Shown one piece after another: positions 28,663 through 38,638 of a DNA stretch of 64,000 nt. Under the pieces are notes generated by a model, which searched no databases, was not told where the DNA came from, and saw only the letters and a list, made by a program, of their open reading frames with translations. The DNA lies in assembly GCA_965222115.1 (NCBI GenBank), contig CBDCTJ010000003.1, forward strand, positions 416,001 through 480,000, written 5' to 3'. The translations under genes were made by a program, and so were the position numbers. The DNA is from Planctomycetota bacterium (GTDB lineage Bacteria; Planctomycetota; PLA2; JAEUHO01). Each line of letters starts with the position of its first letter. Position 1 is the stretch's first letter.

Positions 28663-29628
28663 ATGCGCGTCGATACGCCAATTCCCTGCGTCATTGGGCC
28701 AACCGCGTCGGGCAAGACTGACGTCGCGGCCGCGGCCATTGCCATGCAAAATCGCAAGGCCTGCGTGATCAGTTGCGACGCGTATGCCGTCTACCGCGAC
28801 CTTCCCATCCTCACCGCGGCGCCCGACTCGACGCCCCAACTCCCCCACCGGCTCGTAGGCATCATTGGCACGGATGAAACCTATGACGCGGCACGCTTTC
28901 TCACCGATTGCGACTACGAAGTCTCGAATGCGCGAAACGAAGGCCGTGATCCTTGGATTGTTGGCGGCACGGCACTGTACTTACGCTGCTGGCTCAAGGG
29001 ATTGGGCACCGGCGTCCCGCGCAACGAAGTCTATCGAAACGAACTCCGTCGATTGGCCGATCTGCATGGACCCGGTGCGCTTCATGAAAAGCTGGCCGCG
29101 TTGGATTCGCGCCGCGCCGACGCGTTGCATCCCAATGACTTGCGTCGCGTTGTACGTGCGCTTGAAATCATCGAAGCCACCGGACGCCCTGCCAGCGACC
29201 AACGACTCGAGTGGCAAGCGGCGAATCGCGTATCGGCCACAGTGGTTGGCTTGCGCCGCACACGAGAGGACTTGCGTGAACGTATTGCGCGGCGCACCGC
29301 CATGATGTTTGATGCGGGCGTCGTCGATGAAGTGCGAATAGCCCGCTCCCAACCCATGAGCCCGGAGGCACGGCAAACGCTCGGGTTTGAAGAAGTGAGC
29401 GCGGTCTTGGATGGCACGTTGAGCAAGGCGGAAGCGGCGGAGAAGATTTCTCAAAAGTCATTGCAATTCGCGCGCAAGCAAATGACGTTCTTCCGTTCGT
29501 TTCAGGATGTGTACTGGATCGACGTAGCGTCCGATGCGATTGCGACGGAGATCGCATCCAACGTGCTTGAGATTCTTGATCGATCCGTCGATGCCCCCGA
29601 ATCGCGGTCGGATTCAGCGAAAAAATAG
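28663..29628 (+). CDS. miaA: tRNA dimethylallyltransferase
   Basis: IGPTASGKT, ISCDA..VY, PHRL, VGGTALY, HPND.RRVVRALE and ARKQMTFFR motifs. Confidence 0.95.
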   Translation: MRVDTPIPCVIGPTASGKTDVAAAAIAMQNRKACVISCDAYAVYRDLPILTAAPDSTPQLPHRLVGIIGTDETYDAARFLTDCDYEVSNARNEGRDPWIVGGTALYLRCWLKGLGTGVPRNEVYRNELRRLADLHGPGALHEKLAALDSRRADALHPNDLRRVVRALEIIEATGRPASDQRLEWQAANRVSATVVGLRRTREDLRERIARRTAMMFDAGVVDEVRIARSQPMSPEARQTLGFEEVSAVLDGTLSKAEAAEKISQKSLQFARKQMTFFRSFQDVYWIDVASDAIATEIASNVLEILDRSVDAPESRSDSAKK

Positions 29629-29669
29629 GCCTATAACCGGTTGGGCGCGTTCGCGTCTAATCGGGCAGC

Positions 29670-30260
29670 ATGACGGCATCCGCGTATCCAGCGACGTTGA
29701 TGGATCTGGCAGGTGCGTCCGACACCCCCGTGAGGCACGGCGTGCGAAATCAGGAGCAATCGGCGGCATTTGCCCAGTTGGTGCATGAGCACGCCGACAT
29801 GCTCTTCGCTGTGGCCTGCCGCCTGGGGAGTCGGGACAGCGCCGACGATCTTGTCCAAGAGACCTTTACAAAGGCCTGGCGCAACATGGCCCGATTTCGC
29901 GGTGACGCGTCTGCGCGCACCTGGCTCTATCGGATACTCGTCAATGCATCTCGCGACCGATTCCGACGTGAGTCACGAGCGAAACGCACACCGCTACGTG
30001 TACACCCACCGCGTGATCCGAGTCAGCGTGCCCAACAAGGCGACCTCGTCCGGCGCGTGCTGGGCGAGTTGAGCGCCTTGCCAGAACGTCAGCGCGAAGC
30101 CTTGCTACTTCGTGCGCGCGCCGGCTTTTCGTACGCAGAAATATCAGAAGTGATGGGCGTCACCATCGGTTCCGTCAAGGCCCACTTAGTAGCCGCCCGA
30201 AAGTCGCTCGCCGAGCGAGTCGGCAAAGACGTTGCCGCTTACGGCAGGAAACCAGCATGA
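29670..30260 (+). CDS. ECF RNA polymerase sigma factor
   Basis: DDLVQETFTKAW...F.G.....TWLYRI region 2; LPERQRE..FSYAEI.EVMG...GSVK region 4. Confidence 0.92.
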   Translation: MTASAYPATLMDLAGASDTPVRHGVRNQEQSAAFAQLVHEHADMLFAVACRLGSRDSADDLVQETFTKAWRNMARFRGDASARTWLYRILVNASRDRFRRESRAKRTPLRVHPPRDPSQRAQQGDLVRRVLGELSALPERQREALLLRARAGFSYAEISEVMGVTIGSVKAHLVAARKSLAERVGKDVAAYGRKPA

Positions 30261-31975
30261 ACAAATCCGACACGCATTATGAAAACGCCGACTGCGCGGA
30301 GTGCCCAACAAGCGAAGCGCTCCACGCCTGGATTGACGGCGAAACGACGGCCGATGAAAGCGCGCGGCTAGAGCAACATGCGTCGACGTGTGCGTCTTGC
30401 AGTGAAGAAGCCGCCATGGTGCGGGTGCTAAACGACATTGTGGCTACACCCGAATCCACGCCGGCATCATTGGTCGACGAACTCTTGGCGAATCAGACCC
30501 TCGCGACGAACCACATGGAGCGTACGGCGTCGACGTCAATGGCTCGCTATGCATTGGCGGCATGTGCATTGCTTGGCGTCGGCTTGCTGGGTTACTTCCT
30601 TGGTAGTGCTTCCAATTCAGTCAAAAAGGAAACGCGTTCAGAGGCATCGACATCCGATACGCAATCGGTGGTCACGGCTGAAATTCAGGAGGGCGCGCGT
30701 GGCACAACCATCGAGACCTATCCACCAGCGCCCGTGCGATCGACGATGGAGCAGATTGCCTTGGCACTCACTGCTTCGCCTTCGAGTGCCCATGCACTGC
30801 TTGCCCAGCATCGACGCGACGCCGCGGCCTGGTTGCATGCGTTTGCCAAAGGGGACAACGCCGCACGGGCGCGGGCGGCAATCGCGCAACTGCCTGAATT
30901 CGGAAACCGACAAAGCACCAAAGTAATCGGCACATTGCTTTCGGATGTGTCGCGTCAGGAAGCGGCACTACGCGCGCTTACGGCAATCGGATCGCGCGAG
31001 GCAGCGGAAGAGATCCTCAACGAGCGGCATGAAATCGATGCACGACGTCGTTATCTCGCACTCGCAGCCATCGGTGACGATTCGAGTATGAGTGAATTAC
31101 TCGGGCGCGAGAGTGAGTCAGAAACAATCCGTTTGGTCGTACGGCAGGCGATTGAACGCTACCCCGACACAACAATCCCCGCGCTACTGAAAGTCGCCGC
31201 CTCGAATGATCCACGACTCGCAACGAGAGCGCTGTCCCACCTTGAACGACTGCGTCCCGCAACAGCGGTGGATGCGCTTGCCTCACTGCTCGATAAAGAA
31301 CACACCCACGTCGCGGCTGCACGTGTATTAGCTCGTATCGACACAGACGAGTCGCTTCGTGCATTGCTTCGCGTGCGCCCATCCCCAACGTTTGACGCTG
31401 TGTTCTCACTCGTGGGCCCCCATGGCGAAGCGCTACTCATTGAACAACTCGCTTCCGATTCGTGGCGCACACGCACTCGCGCGATTGAATTGCTCTCGCG
31501 CTGTGGTGATGTGAATGCCGCCCGCGCGTTGGCAGCACTTGCGGACGTCCCGGCAAGTGCACCGGCTGCGATTGCAGCCATAGGCCATATTCGACATCCG
31601 CTCTCGGTTGAGATACTCGATCAGCTCTCTGCGCACGCACGCCATCGCTTCGACATCGTTCGCGCATTGGGCGCGACGGGTCTTGCGGAAGCCGTGCCCG
31701 TGTTATTGCGTCTTGGGCGTCAAGAACGACGTCTACGAGCCGCTGCGATTGAAGCACTCGCTATGGTGCCCATGAGTGCCGCGGTAGAGGCCATTGTGCG
31801 CTTGGACGGCCGTGGGCGCCTTTCAACACCGACCAAAGAAGCACTGCAGCGTATGGACGACGAACTCGTTCGCGCCACGCTTCATGCAATGTTGGAAGGA
31901 CCTCACAGCGCGCATGCCCAACGTGCCATTCAGCGCCTGACGCGTGAGGTTCTGCAACCGGGAACGCGCGAATAG
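30257..31975 (+). CDS. Anti-sigma factor with zinc-finger (HxxxCxxC), TM helix and HEAT/PBS repeats
   Basis: WIDGE...HASTCASC ZAS motif; TM YALAACALLGVGLLGYFL; Ala/Leu helical repeats; ATGA overlap with the sigma gene. Confidence 0.82.
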   Translation: MNKSDTHYENADCAECPTSEALHAWIDGETTADESARLEQHASTCASCSEEAAMVRVLNDIVATPESTPASLVDELLANQTLATNHMERTASTSMARYALAACALLGVGLLGYFLGSASNSVKKETRSEASTSDTQSVVTAEIQEGARGTTIETYPPAPVRSTMEQIALALTASPSSAHALLAQHRRDAAAWLHAFAKGDNAARARAAIAQLPEFGNRQSTKVIGTLLSDVSRQEAALRALTAIGSREAAEEILNERHEIDARRRYLALAAIGDDSSMSELLGRESESETIRLVVRQAIERYPDTTIPALLKVAASNDPRLATRALSHLERLRPATAVDALASLLDKEHTHVAAARVLARIDTDESLRALLRVRPSPTFDAVFSLVGPHGEALLIEQLASDSWRTRTRAIELLSRCGDVNAARALAALADVPASAPAAIAAIGHIRHPLSVEILDQLSAHARHRFDIVRALGATGLAEAVPVLLRLGRQERRLRAAAIEALAMVPMSAAVEAIVRLDGRGRLSTPTKEALQRMDDELVRATLHAMLEGPHSAHAQRAIQRLTREVLQPGTRE

Positions 31976-32007
31976 CCAATCCGCACACAATCGACTTTCT
32001 TAGGAGA

Positions 32008-33795
32008 ATGACCATGAAACTACCGACCCGTTGGAAAATGCCGTGTATCTACCTTCCGCTGTTTCTTGCGGGAGCACTTGCGGCAGTTGCCCAGTCCGTA
32101 CCCGCGCTTGCAGACAACAAATCGAACTCGCTCGAAACGGCAACCATTGATGTCAGTGATATCGTGGTAGGTCGACCGGATCTATTTGGACATCCGTTCG
32201 GCATTGAGCAGTCTTACCCGCGTGCAGAATCGAGAGGGAAGCCCGAACCCTTTCGATGGGTTGGCTCAGAGGCCGAGCTTATCGATCTCATCAAGATGAC
32301 CGTGAGTCAGGTCCACGCGGGTGCCTTCGAAGAGGTTGAGTACGAAGACATAGGGGAGGCCAATCAGTACTTGGTCATCCGCGCTCGGCCCGATGTCTTG
32401 AGGACCACACGCGAAGTCATCGCCGCGATTCGATCCGATGCCGTAGCACGTACGACGCTGTCAGTGAAGGCCACGCAGGGCGCTGACCCTGCCGATGGGA
32501 AATCAATCCGTCGGATTCGGACAACCCGCCACGGGCATATCGATGCACCGTGGGATGCCGTTCGATCCATTTCGTCACTCGATCATGTGACATACGTCGC
32601 CGACTACCACGTTGAGATTGCACAGGGCGTGTCCATCGCCGATCCGGTGATTGCGGGCGCCGTGGGCGGTCTGCAGGCAGAACTCAATACGCGACCTACT
32701 GCGGATGGCTCCAACGCACTCATCAGTGGCGTTGTTCAGTTGGGCAGCACCGAGTTGGGGCGGACGGCACGGTTGGGCGTCGACGAAGAGTACATCGCCA
32801 AGCCGCCGCGCACACCCGACACTCGCCCTCACGGTGTGATTCAGTTGCCTGAATTTTCGCATGTGCTCGTGGCGTTCCATTCCGTGGTCCCCTACGGCGA
32901 GACGCTGCACATCCCAACATCGTTGGAGGGCGTTCAAACCTCATTTCATGTATCTGCGTCACAAGGGCGCAGACTGCTCGCTCACAATGGCGTTGCAACG
33001 GGCTACCTCACGTTTTCTCCCATCGAAGGTCGGCTGAACATCCCCGCATTGCGTCGGGCAGACGACGCAGGTGATCGGTCATCAACTCCGCACTTTACGC
33101 GGATGAACAAACGCAGGTCGGTCTTTCCGATCGACAACGTTGTTGAGTGGATGATATCCACGGGCATGAACGGCGCCGTGTCCGATGAGTATTTCGAAAC
33201 GGCTACGATTCAACCCTACAGCCGTTCGATGCTGCTTTTCACCGGCAACGAGCAAAAGAAGGACGCACTCCGCGTCGCGATGGAAAAACTCGAATCAGAC
33301 TTACTGCATCCAGTAACGATTGAGCTATCCATTCAGAGCGTGGGCCCCGAAGACTCGGACATAACGCCACGCCGAATTGCTGGCGGTCGGATTCCGGCGG
33401 TTTCGGGTCGGTGGAGCTCGCTACTTGCAGGCAAGACGACGGCCATCCTTGCTGACTACGAGGTCGAAGTCGCCCAGGATGCTCGCATTGCCAATCCGCA
33501 GGTGTCTCATACATTCGCCGGACTCGCCTGCAATGTGATCCCCGTCATTCAACCCGACTCCGGCAGTGCGATGGTGTCGATCGGTCTTGTCTACGACGTT
33601 CCTACACGGTCCCCGTCAAATTTCAAAATGGGTCCTCGCTATCTGGGCGACCTGCAACAGTCGCACACGCGTCGCATGGCTGTCAGTACGAGCACCTCGG
33701 TGAAACTCGGCGAGGCTCACCGCGTTGCGGTCAGCACCGACCCTCGCGACTCGAGCCGACGCATTGTGATCGACCTCACCGTCACAGCGCCGTAA
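32008..33795 (+). CDS. Secreted protein with two secretin-like beta repeats (hypothetical)
   Basis: Signal peptide (ALA|D); internal duplication YVADYHVEIAQGVSIADPVI / ILADYEVEVAQDARIANPQV. Confidence 0.6.
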   Translation: MTMKLPTRWKMPCIYLPLFLAGALAAVAQSVPALADNKSNSLETATIDVSDIVVGRPDLFGHPFGIEQSYPRAESRGKPEPFRWVGSEAELIDLIKMTVSQVHAGAFEEVEYEDIGEANQYLVIRARPDVLRTTREVIAAIRSDAVARTTLSVKATQGADPADGKSIRRIRTTRHGHIDAPWDAVRSISSLDHVTYVADYHVEIAQGVSIADPVIAGAVGGLQAELNTRPTADGSNALISGVVQLGSTELGRTARLGVDEEYIAKPPRTPDTRPHGVIQLPEFSHVLVAFHSVVPYGETLHIPTSLEGVQTSFHVSASQGRRLLAHNGVATGYLTFSPIEGRLNIPALRRADDAGDRSSTPHFTRMNKRRSVFPIDNVVEWMISTGMNGAVSDEYFETATIQPYSRSMLLFTGNEQKKDALRVAMEKLESDLLHPVTIELSIQSVGPEDSDITPRRIAGGRIPAVSGRWSSLLAGKTTAILADYEVEVAQDARIANPQVSHTFAGLACNVIPVIQPDSGSAMVSIGLVYDVPTRSPSNFKMGPRYLGDLQQSHTRRMAVSTSTSVKLGEAHRVAVSTDPRDSSRRIVIDLTVTAP

Positions 33796-33844
33796 CCGGC
33801 CGCCACGCGGGGCTTGCGCCCTTCATTTTGGGGGCATTGTCGCC

Positions 33845-35509
33845 TTGCAAGACGCGACTACACTTGCGTTGGGCGCTACACGGCCCTGCGCAACCCCGCC
33901 CCCGGAGACGCCCTTGTTTGGAACTATTGTTTGGACGCGCTCGACCGTGAGGTCGGCTACGCGCTGTGTTGCTGCACTTGCACTGATGGCGTCCGCGACG
34001 CTGAGTCTGCCTGCGTGTGGTTCCGGCGGAGGTGGATCTGATCCCGTTCTGCATATCGCCACCGGTGGACTTTCCAATGGCATCTTGGGCGCGGGATATT
34101 CGCCGGTGCAGTTTGCCGCTGGGTCCGCCACCGGTTCGACGACCTGGTCGATCGATAGCGGCACCCTTCCCGCAGGCATGGGCATGTCCGCAACCGGATT
34201 GTTGCAAGGCACACCCAATGCCGTTGGCGACTTTGCCTTCGTCGTCATGGTTGAAGACGACATCACGATGGCCACGCGCGGGTACACCATCACGGTCGCA
34301 GAATTCCGTCTGCAATCGACGTCGGGTATGATCGGCAGTGAAGCGTGGACCGGCGTACCGATAGAGCTTGAATCCCAGGGCGATCTCGGACCCGTGAGTT
34401 TTGATGTCGTGGCCAACGGCAGCGGCGGGGCGCTTTCGATGATCAACAACGCCGCGGGGACCGTCGTATGGACGCCAGGTTTAACAACCGGAGTTCAGGA
34501 CGAGATCCGCGTCACCGACGACACCTCGGGCGCCAATGTGCGCCTGACCATCGATGTACGCACCAATCCGGTACCGAACCATGTGGCGGAGTTCGGTTCG
34601 AGCGATGTGTGGTGGGTCAATACGAGCATCAAGCGTGGAACGCACGCATTCCGAACCGACTACATGCGCGCGCTCTCCTCCATTGGCATGCTGCCGGCGC
34701 AAGCTGCGACGACCGAGGAAGGCATTGAGTTGGAAGACCGCGTCGCGGCAACGGCGCGGCGATACTTCTTAAAAGAACTAAACTTTTTCTATCTACGAAA
34801 CGGTGATGGCACGCGGGGCACAGGTCTTCGTGCGTCGTTTCCCTACTTCCGTCCCGTCACGCCGCCCAACTTCACGCCAGGGCCGGCAGGCATCATTGGC
34901 GCCGCCCCCAATCGCTTCAATGTGATGGAACTTGCCGACTATGCCACGTCCGGCAGCCCCGGGGTGCTCGGTCGCGCCTACTTGGATCCGGGCAACGGTT
35001 CCATCGAACACGACGGCGGCACATCGGGATCGGGCAATCGCCTCGGCGTCTTTGTCGAACGCATGACCAGTTCGTTCAAGGTATGGCAAGCCGGACGTCT
35101 CTTAACATCTGACCCTGTCACCGTGACGGATGCCTCAATCGTGGACGACATGCTCTATGACCAACCGGTGGTTGGTCCTCGGCATTCCGAAATCGATGAA
35201 CTGTTGACCTACTTCTCCCGCGCCTTCGCCCAAGTGACGGCCCACGAAATCGCGCATAGCATCGGATTCGAACACACGGGCGATGCCGGTACGCTCATGT
35301 CCGGAACCGGTGCAGGCTTTTCCGATGCAGATCTTGGTGTTAGCAACGGCGTGAAGTTCACGACCGCCGAGATCGACGTCATGCGCACGTCCAATTTGCC
35401 CGGCCCGAATCGTGGCGGTAGTCCGCGCTTGGCAGAGCAACCGGGTGCAGACGATGCGCCCCGGCCTGCGCCAATCGAAATCGAGCTTCGCGCAGTGGAG
35501 AAGCGGTAG
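33845..35509 (+). CDS. Lipoprotein with Ig-like (He_PIG) domain and matrixin-like zinc metalloprotease domain
   Basis: LPAC lipobox followed by GSGGGG; SGTLPAGM...GLLQGTP Ig motif; HEIAHSIGFEH plus Met-turn TLM; true start probably GTG 33947. Confidence 0.78.
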   Translation: MQDATTLALGATRPCATPPPETPLFGTIVWTRSTVRSATRCVAALALMASATLSLPACGSGGGGSDPVLHIATGGLSNGILGAGYSPVQFAAGSATGSTTWSIDSGTLPAGMGMSATGLLQGTPNAVGDFAFVVMVEDDITMATRGYTITVAEFRLQSTSGMIGSEAWTGVPIELESQGDLGPVSFDVVANGSGGALSMINNAAGTVVWTPGLTTGVQDEIRVTDDTSGANVRLTIDVRTNPVPNHVAEFGSSDVWWVNTSIKRGTHAFRTDYMRALSSIGMLPAQAATTEEGIELEDRVAATARRYFLKELNFFYLRNGDGTRGTGLRASFPYFRPVTPPNFTPGPAGIIGAAPNRFNVMELADYATSGSPGVLGRAYLDPGNGSIEHDGGTSGSGNRLGVFVERMTSSFKVWQAGRLLTSDPVTVTDASIVDDMLYDQPVVGPRHSEIDELLTYFSRAFAQVTAHEIAHSIGFEHTGDAGTLMSGTGAGFSDADLGVSNGVKFTTAEIDVMRTSNLPGPNRGGSPRLAEQPGADDAPRPAPIEIELRAVEKR

Positions 35510-35981
35510 GTACGGAATCCTGTAGTCTTACTGCGCCGTTCAAGAGCATACGCATAGCGCTTCCAATGATCTTTGGCGCCGGATGATGAGGGCGTGCGGA
35601 GATCACAAGTCTCAAGTCGCTAAGTTGGAGGAGAAGAGCGCGGCGTTGGCAAAGGACCTGACGCTTCCGCCGAAATATGTGGAATTCGCCCTTGCGCCGT
35701 GTTTCTTGTCACACTTGCGAATTCGGAAAAGTGTGAAATCGTTCCTGGCACCGTATCTTCGCCATTGCCGCGGTGTTAGACATTGCGAGAACACCAAGCT
35801 CTTGAAGCCTTGCGGCCAACCACCACCAAAGTTCGGGAGCTCGACCCTCCAACGCGTCAGGAGGCTCAGGCGCGCCGTCAAAGCGCTTGCCCTTGAGCGT
35901 GTCCTTGACGAGCTTGGCCCTCCACGACCCACGAGCTTCGAGGATTTCACGTGGTGTCTTGGGAGGTCCTGACTTGGCCAT
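35510..35981 (-). pseudogene. Frameshifted phage terminase small subunit (P27 family-like) remnant
   Basis: MAKSGPPKTPREILEARGSWRAK...PEPPDAL...LW..LA..LQELGVL in one frame; HHPAPKI..A.RML..A..L C-terminal-like segment in another frame. Confidence 0.6.
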
Positions 35982-36801
35982 GACGTGGACGCTAGATGGC
36001 GCCATATACAGGCTCGCCAGCAAAGGCCCATTAGTTGGGGCCAAGCCTCACCTTCGAATCCGCTGCCCCAGCGTCACCCCAGCCTGAGAGAATGTTCGCG
36101 AAGACCTATCTTCGTCGTCCTTGTTGCCCATGGCAGAAAGGAGGGCCTGTGATCTTCACAAAGATTTTGTCTTCGGACCGAAGAGCCTTCTCGCTTCCGG
36201 CGCTGCGGAATACCCAAAGCGCCATGACGGGAAGATGAGGGGGCTCGCTGACCTCTTCGCGCAGTACTCGCCTAGCTCGTCATGCGAAGCTAGTGCCGCA
36301 ACAGGGGGCATGAGGTCCCGGATGAGGAGTACCTGAGGGTACGGACTGGGTAGGCGACCGAGTCGTACCTAGCTGGTGTCGGAGTGAACCGACTTTAGCA
36401 AGGCATTGCACTTCTAGGAACTACCCAATAACCGTCCCAAGGTGGACTCTTCCGAGTTCGGCAATTCAACCATCACTGAGTAAGTTCACTGCAGTGAACA
36501 GGTCCCTTGGTTCCTTATCCGGGTACTGAACTCTGCGACAACTCTCTAAGTCGGTTGGGGCGTCACGGTGCCTGAGATGGAAATGGCCGGCAGGCCAAGA
36601 ACATCCGCTCCTCATCCTTCTTTTCAAAGTGCGAGGCCGCGACTCAAGGACAATACGAGTCGTCCGCTACACAGACGTTTCATCACAATTGTCGTCCAGA
36701 ACCCGTGAAGAAAATTTCGAGGTTAGGCGCCCGCTCGTAAACCTAATTCCCCCAAGGATTTACACCGCCCCTCCCCGCAACGTGATACATCTATCTACTA
36801 T

Positions 36802-37650
36802 CTACGCGCCTAGATCAATCTCCCGAAGCCCGTTACCTTCAATCTTCCCTATCTTGATGCTCTTTGGCGACCACCCTTCCCTCACTCGCTTTCGAAACAT
36901 CGCGGGCTGCTTTATCGCGATCCCGTCTCCGGTGAGTAGTACGTCACCACGCGTAAGGCCTAGACCAGCCCAATCCAACTCGGATCTGATCCCCGTCACG
37001 CGCATTCCGATACACTTGCCGTGATTGTTGAAATAGGGAACGGCTTTGAGGTTGAGGTGCTTGGAGCTTGCGACTGCTTGGGCGTGATTGATATCGCCGC
37101 TTTGGCATGACCCCGGCGGATGGAATCGAATCACATTGCTGTGAAACTCGCGGCTGCGATCGAATTCGAACGTGTGCTGCTCATCGCCGCGACTGGCAGT
37201 AAAGCGCGCAAGTTTGTCGTCCACATCCACTCGTACCAACTTCACGTCTCGATCTGGCTTATCGGTGTCGATGCAATACGCGATGTCGTGTGCGGGGTCT
37301 TTGCAGCGCAACGTCAATGTAGTTCCAGAATCACCGTGAATCCACATGGAGATTGCGAAGGCACGTAGAGGAGGGACGATCGGTACTGATTCCTTATCGC
37401 TTATTGGCGTGTTTGTTCTCGGAAAATCTGAGTACATCCGTTCAATGAGATGGAGCGATGTATTGTCGATTGGCTTTGTTGCCAATGCTGGCGCTTCCAC
37501 GTGAGGTCGAATCCATGTAAATGGCGCTGGTGTTGCGCGCTGGTTGTTGCTAACGAATTCAATAGACATAATGATCGCGGCAACTGCTGCGGGAATACAT
37601 GCCGTCCATATCAGTCGACGCAGGCGGTGCGGTAGTGGGCAACCGGACAT
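36802..37650 (-). CDS. Membrane-anchored PDZ protein, GspC-like
   Basis: N-terminal TM (LIWTACIPAAVAAIIMSI); AVPYF..GK.IGMRVTGIR....AGLGLTRGDVL..DG resembles the GspC PDZ domain. Confidence 0.6.
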   Translation of the reverse strand: MSGCPLPHRLRRLIWTACIPAAVAAIIMSIEFVSNNQRATPAPFTWIRPHVEAPALATKPIDNTSLHLIERMYSDFPRTNTPISDKESVPIVPPLRAFAISMWIHGDSGTTLTLRCKDPAHDIAYCIDTDKPDRDVKLVRVDVDDKLARFTASRGDEQHTFEFDRSREFHSNVIRFHPPGSCQSGDINHAQAVASSKHLNLKAVPYFNNHGKCIGMRVTGIRSELDWAGLGLTRGDVLLTGDGIAIKQPAMFRKRVREGWSPKSIKIGKIEGNGLREIDLGA

Positions 37651-38097
37651 TTCTGTAGTCTACCGTGACAAGGCGATGTGCTCGACTCTCTTGAAGATGT
37701 CAAAGGAGTGGTTAGGCCCTAAACTGGCTCTTCGTCTCCACGGCCGTCAATCTTCGGGGCGGGTCGCACCGGTGAATTACACGGAACGTACTCGGCGGTG
37801 CGTACGAAAGTCGAAAGTCACGAAGTTGGTGGGAGAGAATGCGGCGCGGTATCCTGATATCTCGTTTCGCCGGTACTCCGGCGTATACGTGGGGCGTGTT
37901 TGGGGCAATTTGTCCTCGCTTCCGTTCTAGAAGAAAGGTGTCCACGAAAACGGGTCAACTCCGATCTCGACTCCCTTCGAGAACTCGCTCGCTTCTTCTT
38001 TCGTTGAGCCATGAGAACATCCTATACGGTTGGGATCGGACGACGCTCCGTACACAAAATTTCTGACACTTCCCGGTATTCAGGCATCCTTGCCCTG

Positions 38098-38637
38098 TCA
38101 GTTGCGGTCAAATAACGACTGACGACAAAGGTCCACGATTGCCAAGTGATACTTTCGCTCTTGATCAGGAAAGCCACCATCAGAGACGTACTCTCGAAAC
38201 GTCTCAATCGCAACATCCACGTCACCTCCACAGGCGGACTGCAGGAAGCTGATCGGTCCAGCTAAAATGAAGCAAAGTCCCGATGTACATGCAATCGAGA
38301 ATCGACGTCGCTCACCGACCAGCAATAAGTTGGCGTGGCAATAGTCAGAACTTACTCGCTCAAAGTCCGAGTCCGATACATCGTACTTCACGCAATTCGA
38401 TTCACCTTTCGCAAGCTCTAGAGGTATCGCATGAAACTGCTCTTCTCCCAGAGAGCTGGCAGCCTCGGCGAGGCGCTGTGTGTCTCCCTTGTCGAAGTGT
38501 GCTGCAGATTCGATTGGAACAGCTCCCCAACCCGTAGTTAACAAGAACTCAAGACTATAAACCTTGTTGTTGCTCGTGGCCATCTTGCGCCACGCGATTG
38601 GGTCTACTGGTATTGAGTTGAGAGGCTTCTTGTTCAT
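38098..38637 (-). CDS. Putative immunity protein for the upstream RHS toxin
   Basis: 179-aa ORF starting 1 nt after the RHS stop; no recognised family; more AT-rich than the core genes. Confidence 0.65.
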   Translation of the reverse strand: MNKKPLNSIPVDPIAWRKMATSNNKVYSLEFLLTTGWGAVPIESAAHFDKGDTQRLAEAASSLGEEQFHAIPLELAKGESNCVKYDVSDSDFERVSSDYCHANLLLVGERRRFSIACTSGLCFILAGPISFLQSACGGDVDVAIETFREYVSDGGFPDQERKYHLAIVDLCRQSLFDRN

Positions 38638-38638
38638 G

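Noticed and set aside
36722-37717. Integron attC sites (GTTAGGC at 36722 and 37711, the latter at the stop of a small ORF)
   Set aside because: I could not find matching partner boxes at a plausible distance, and there is no integron integrase
37712-38012. Small ORFs between the immunity gene and the GspC-like gene
   Set aside because: Two overlapping short frames with no recognisable motifs; cannot be distinguished from debris
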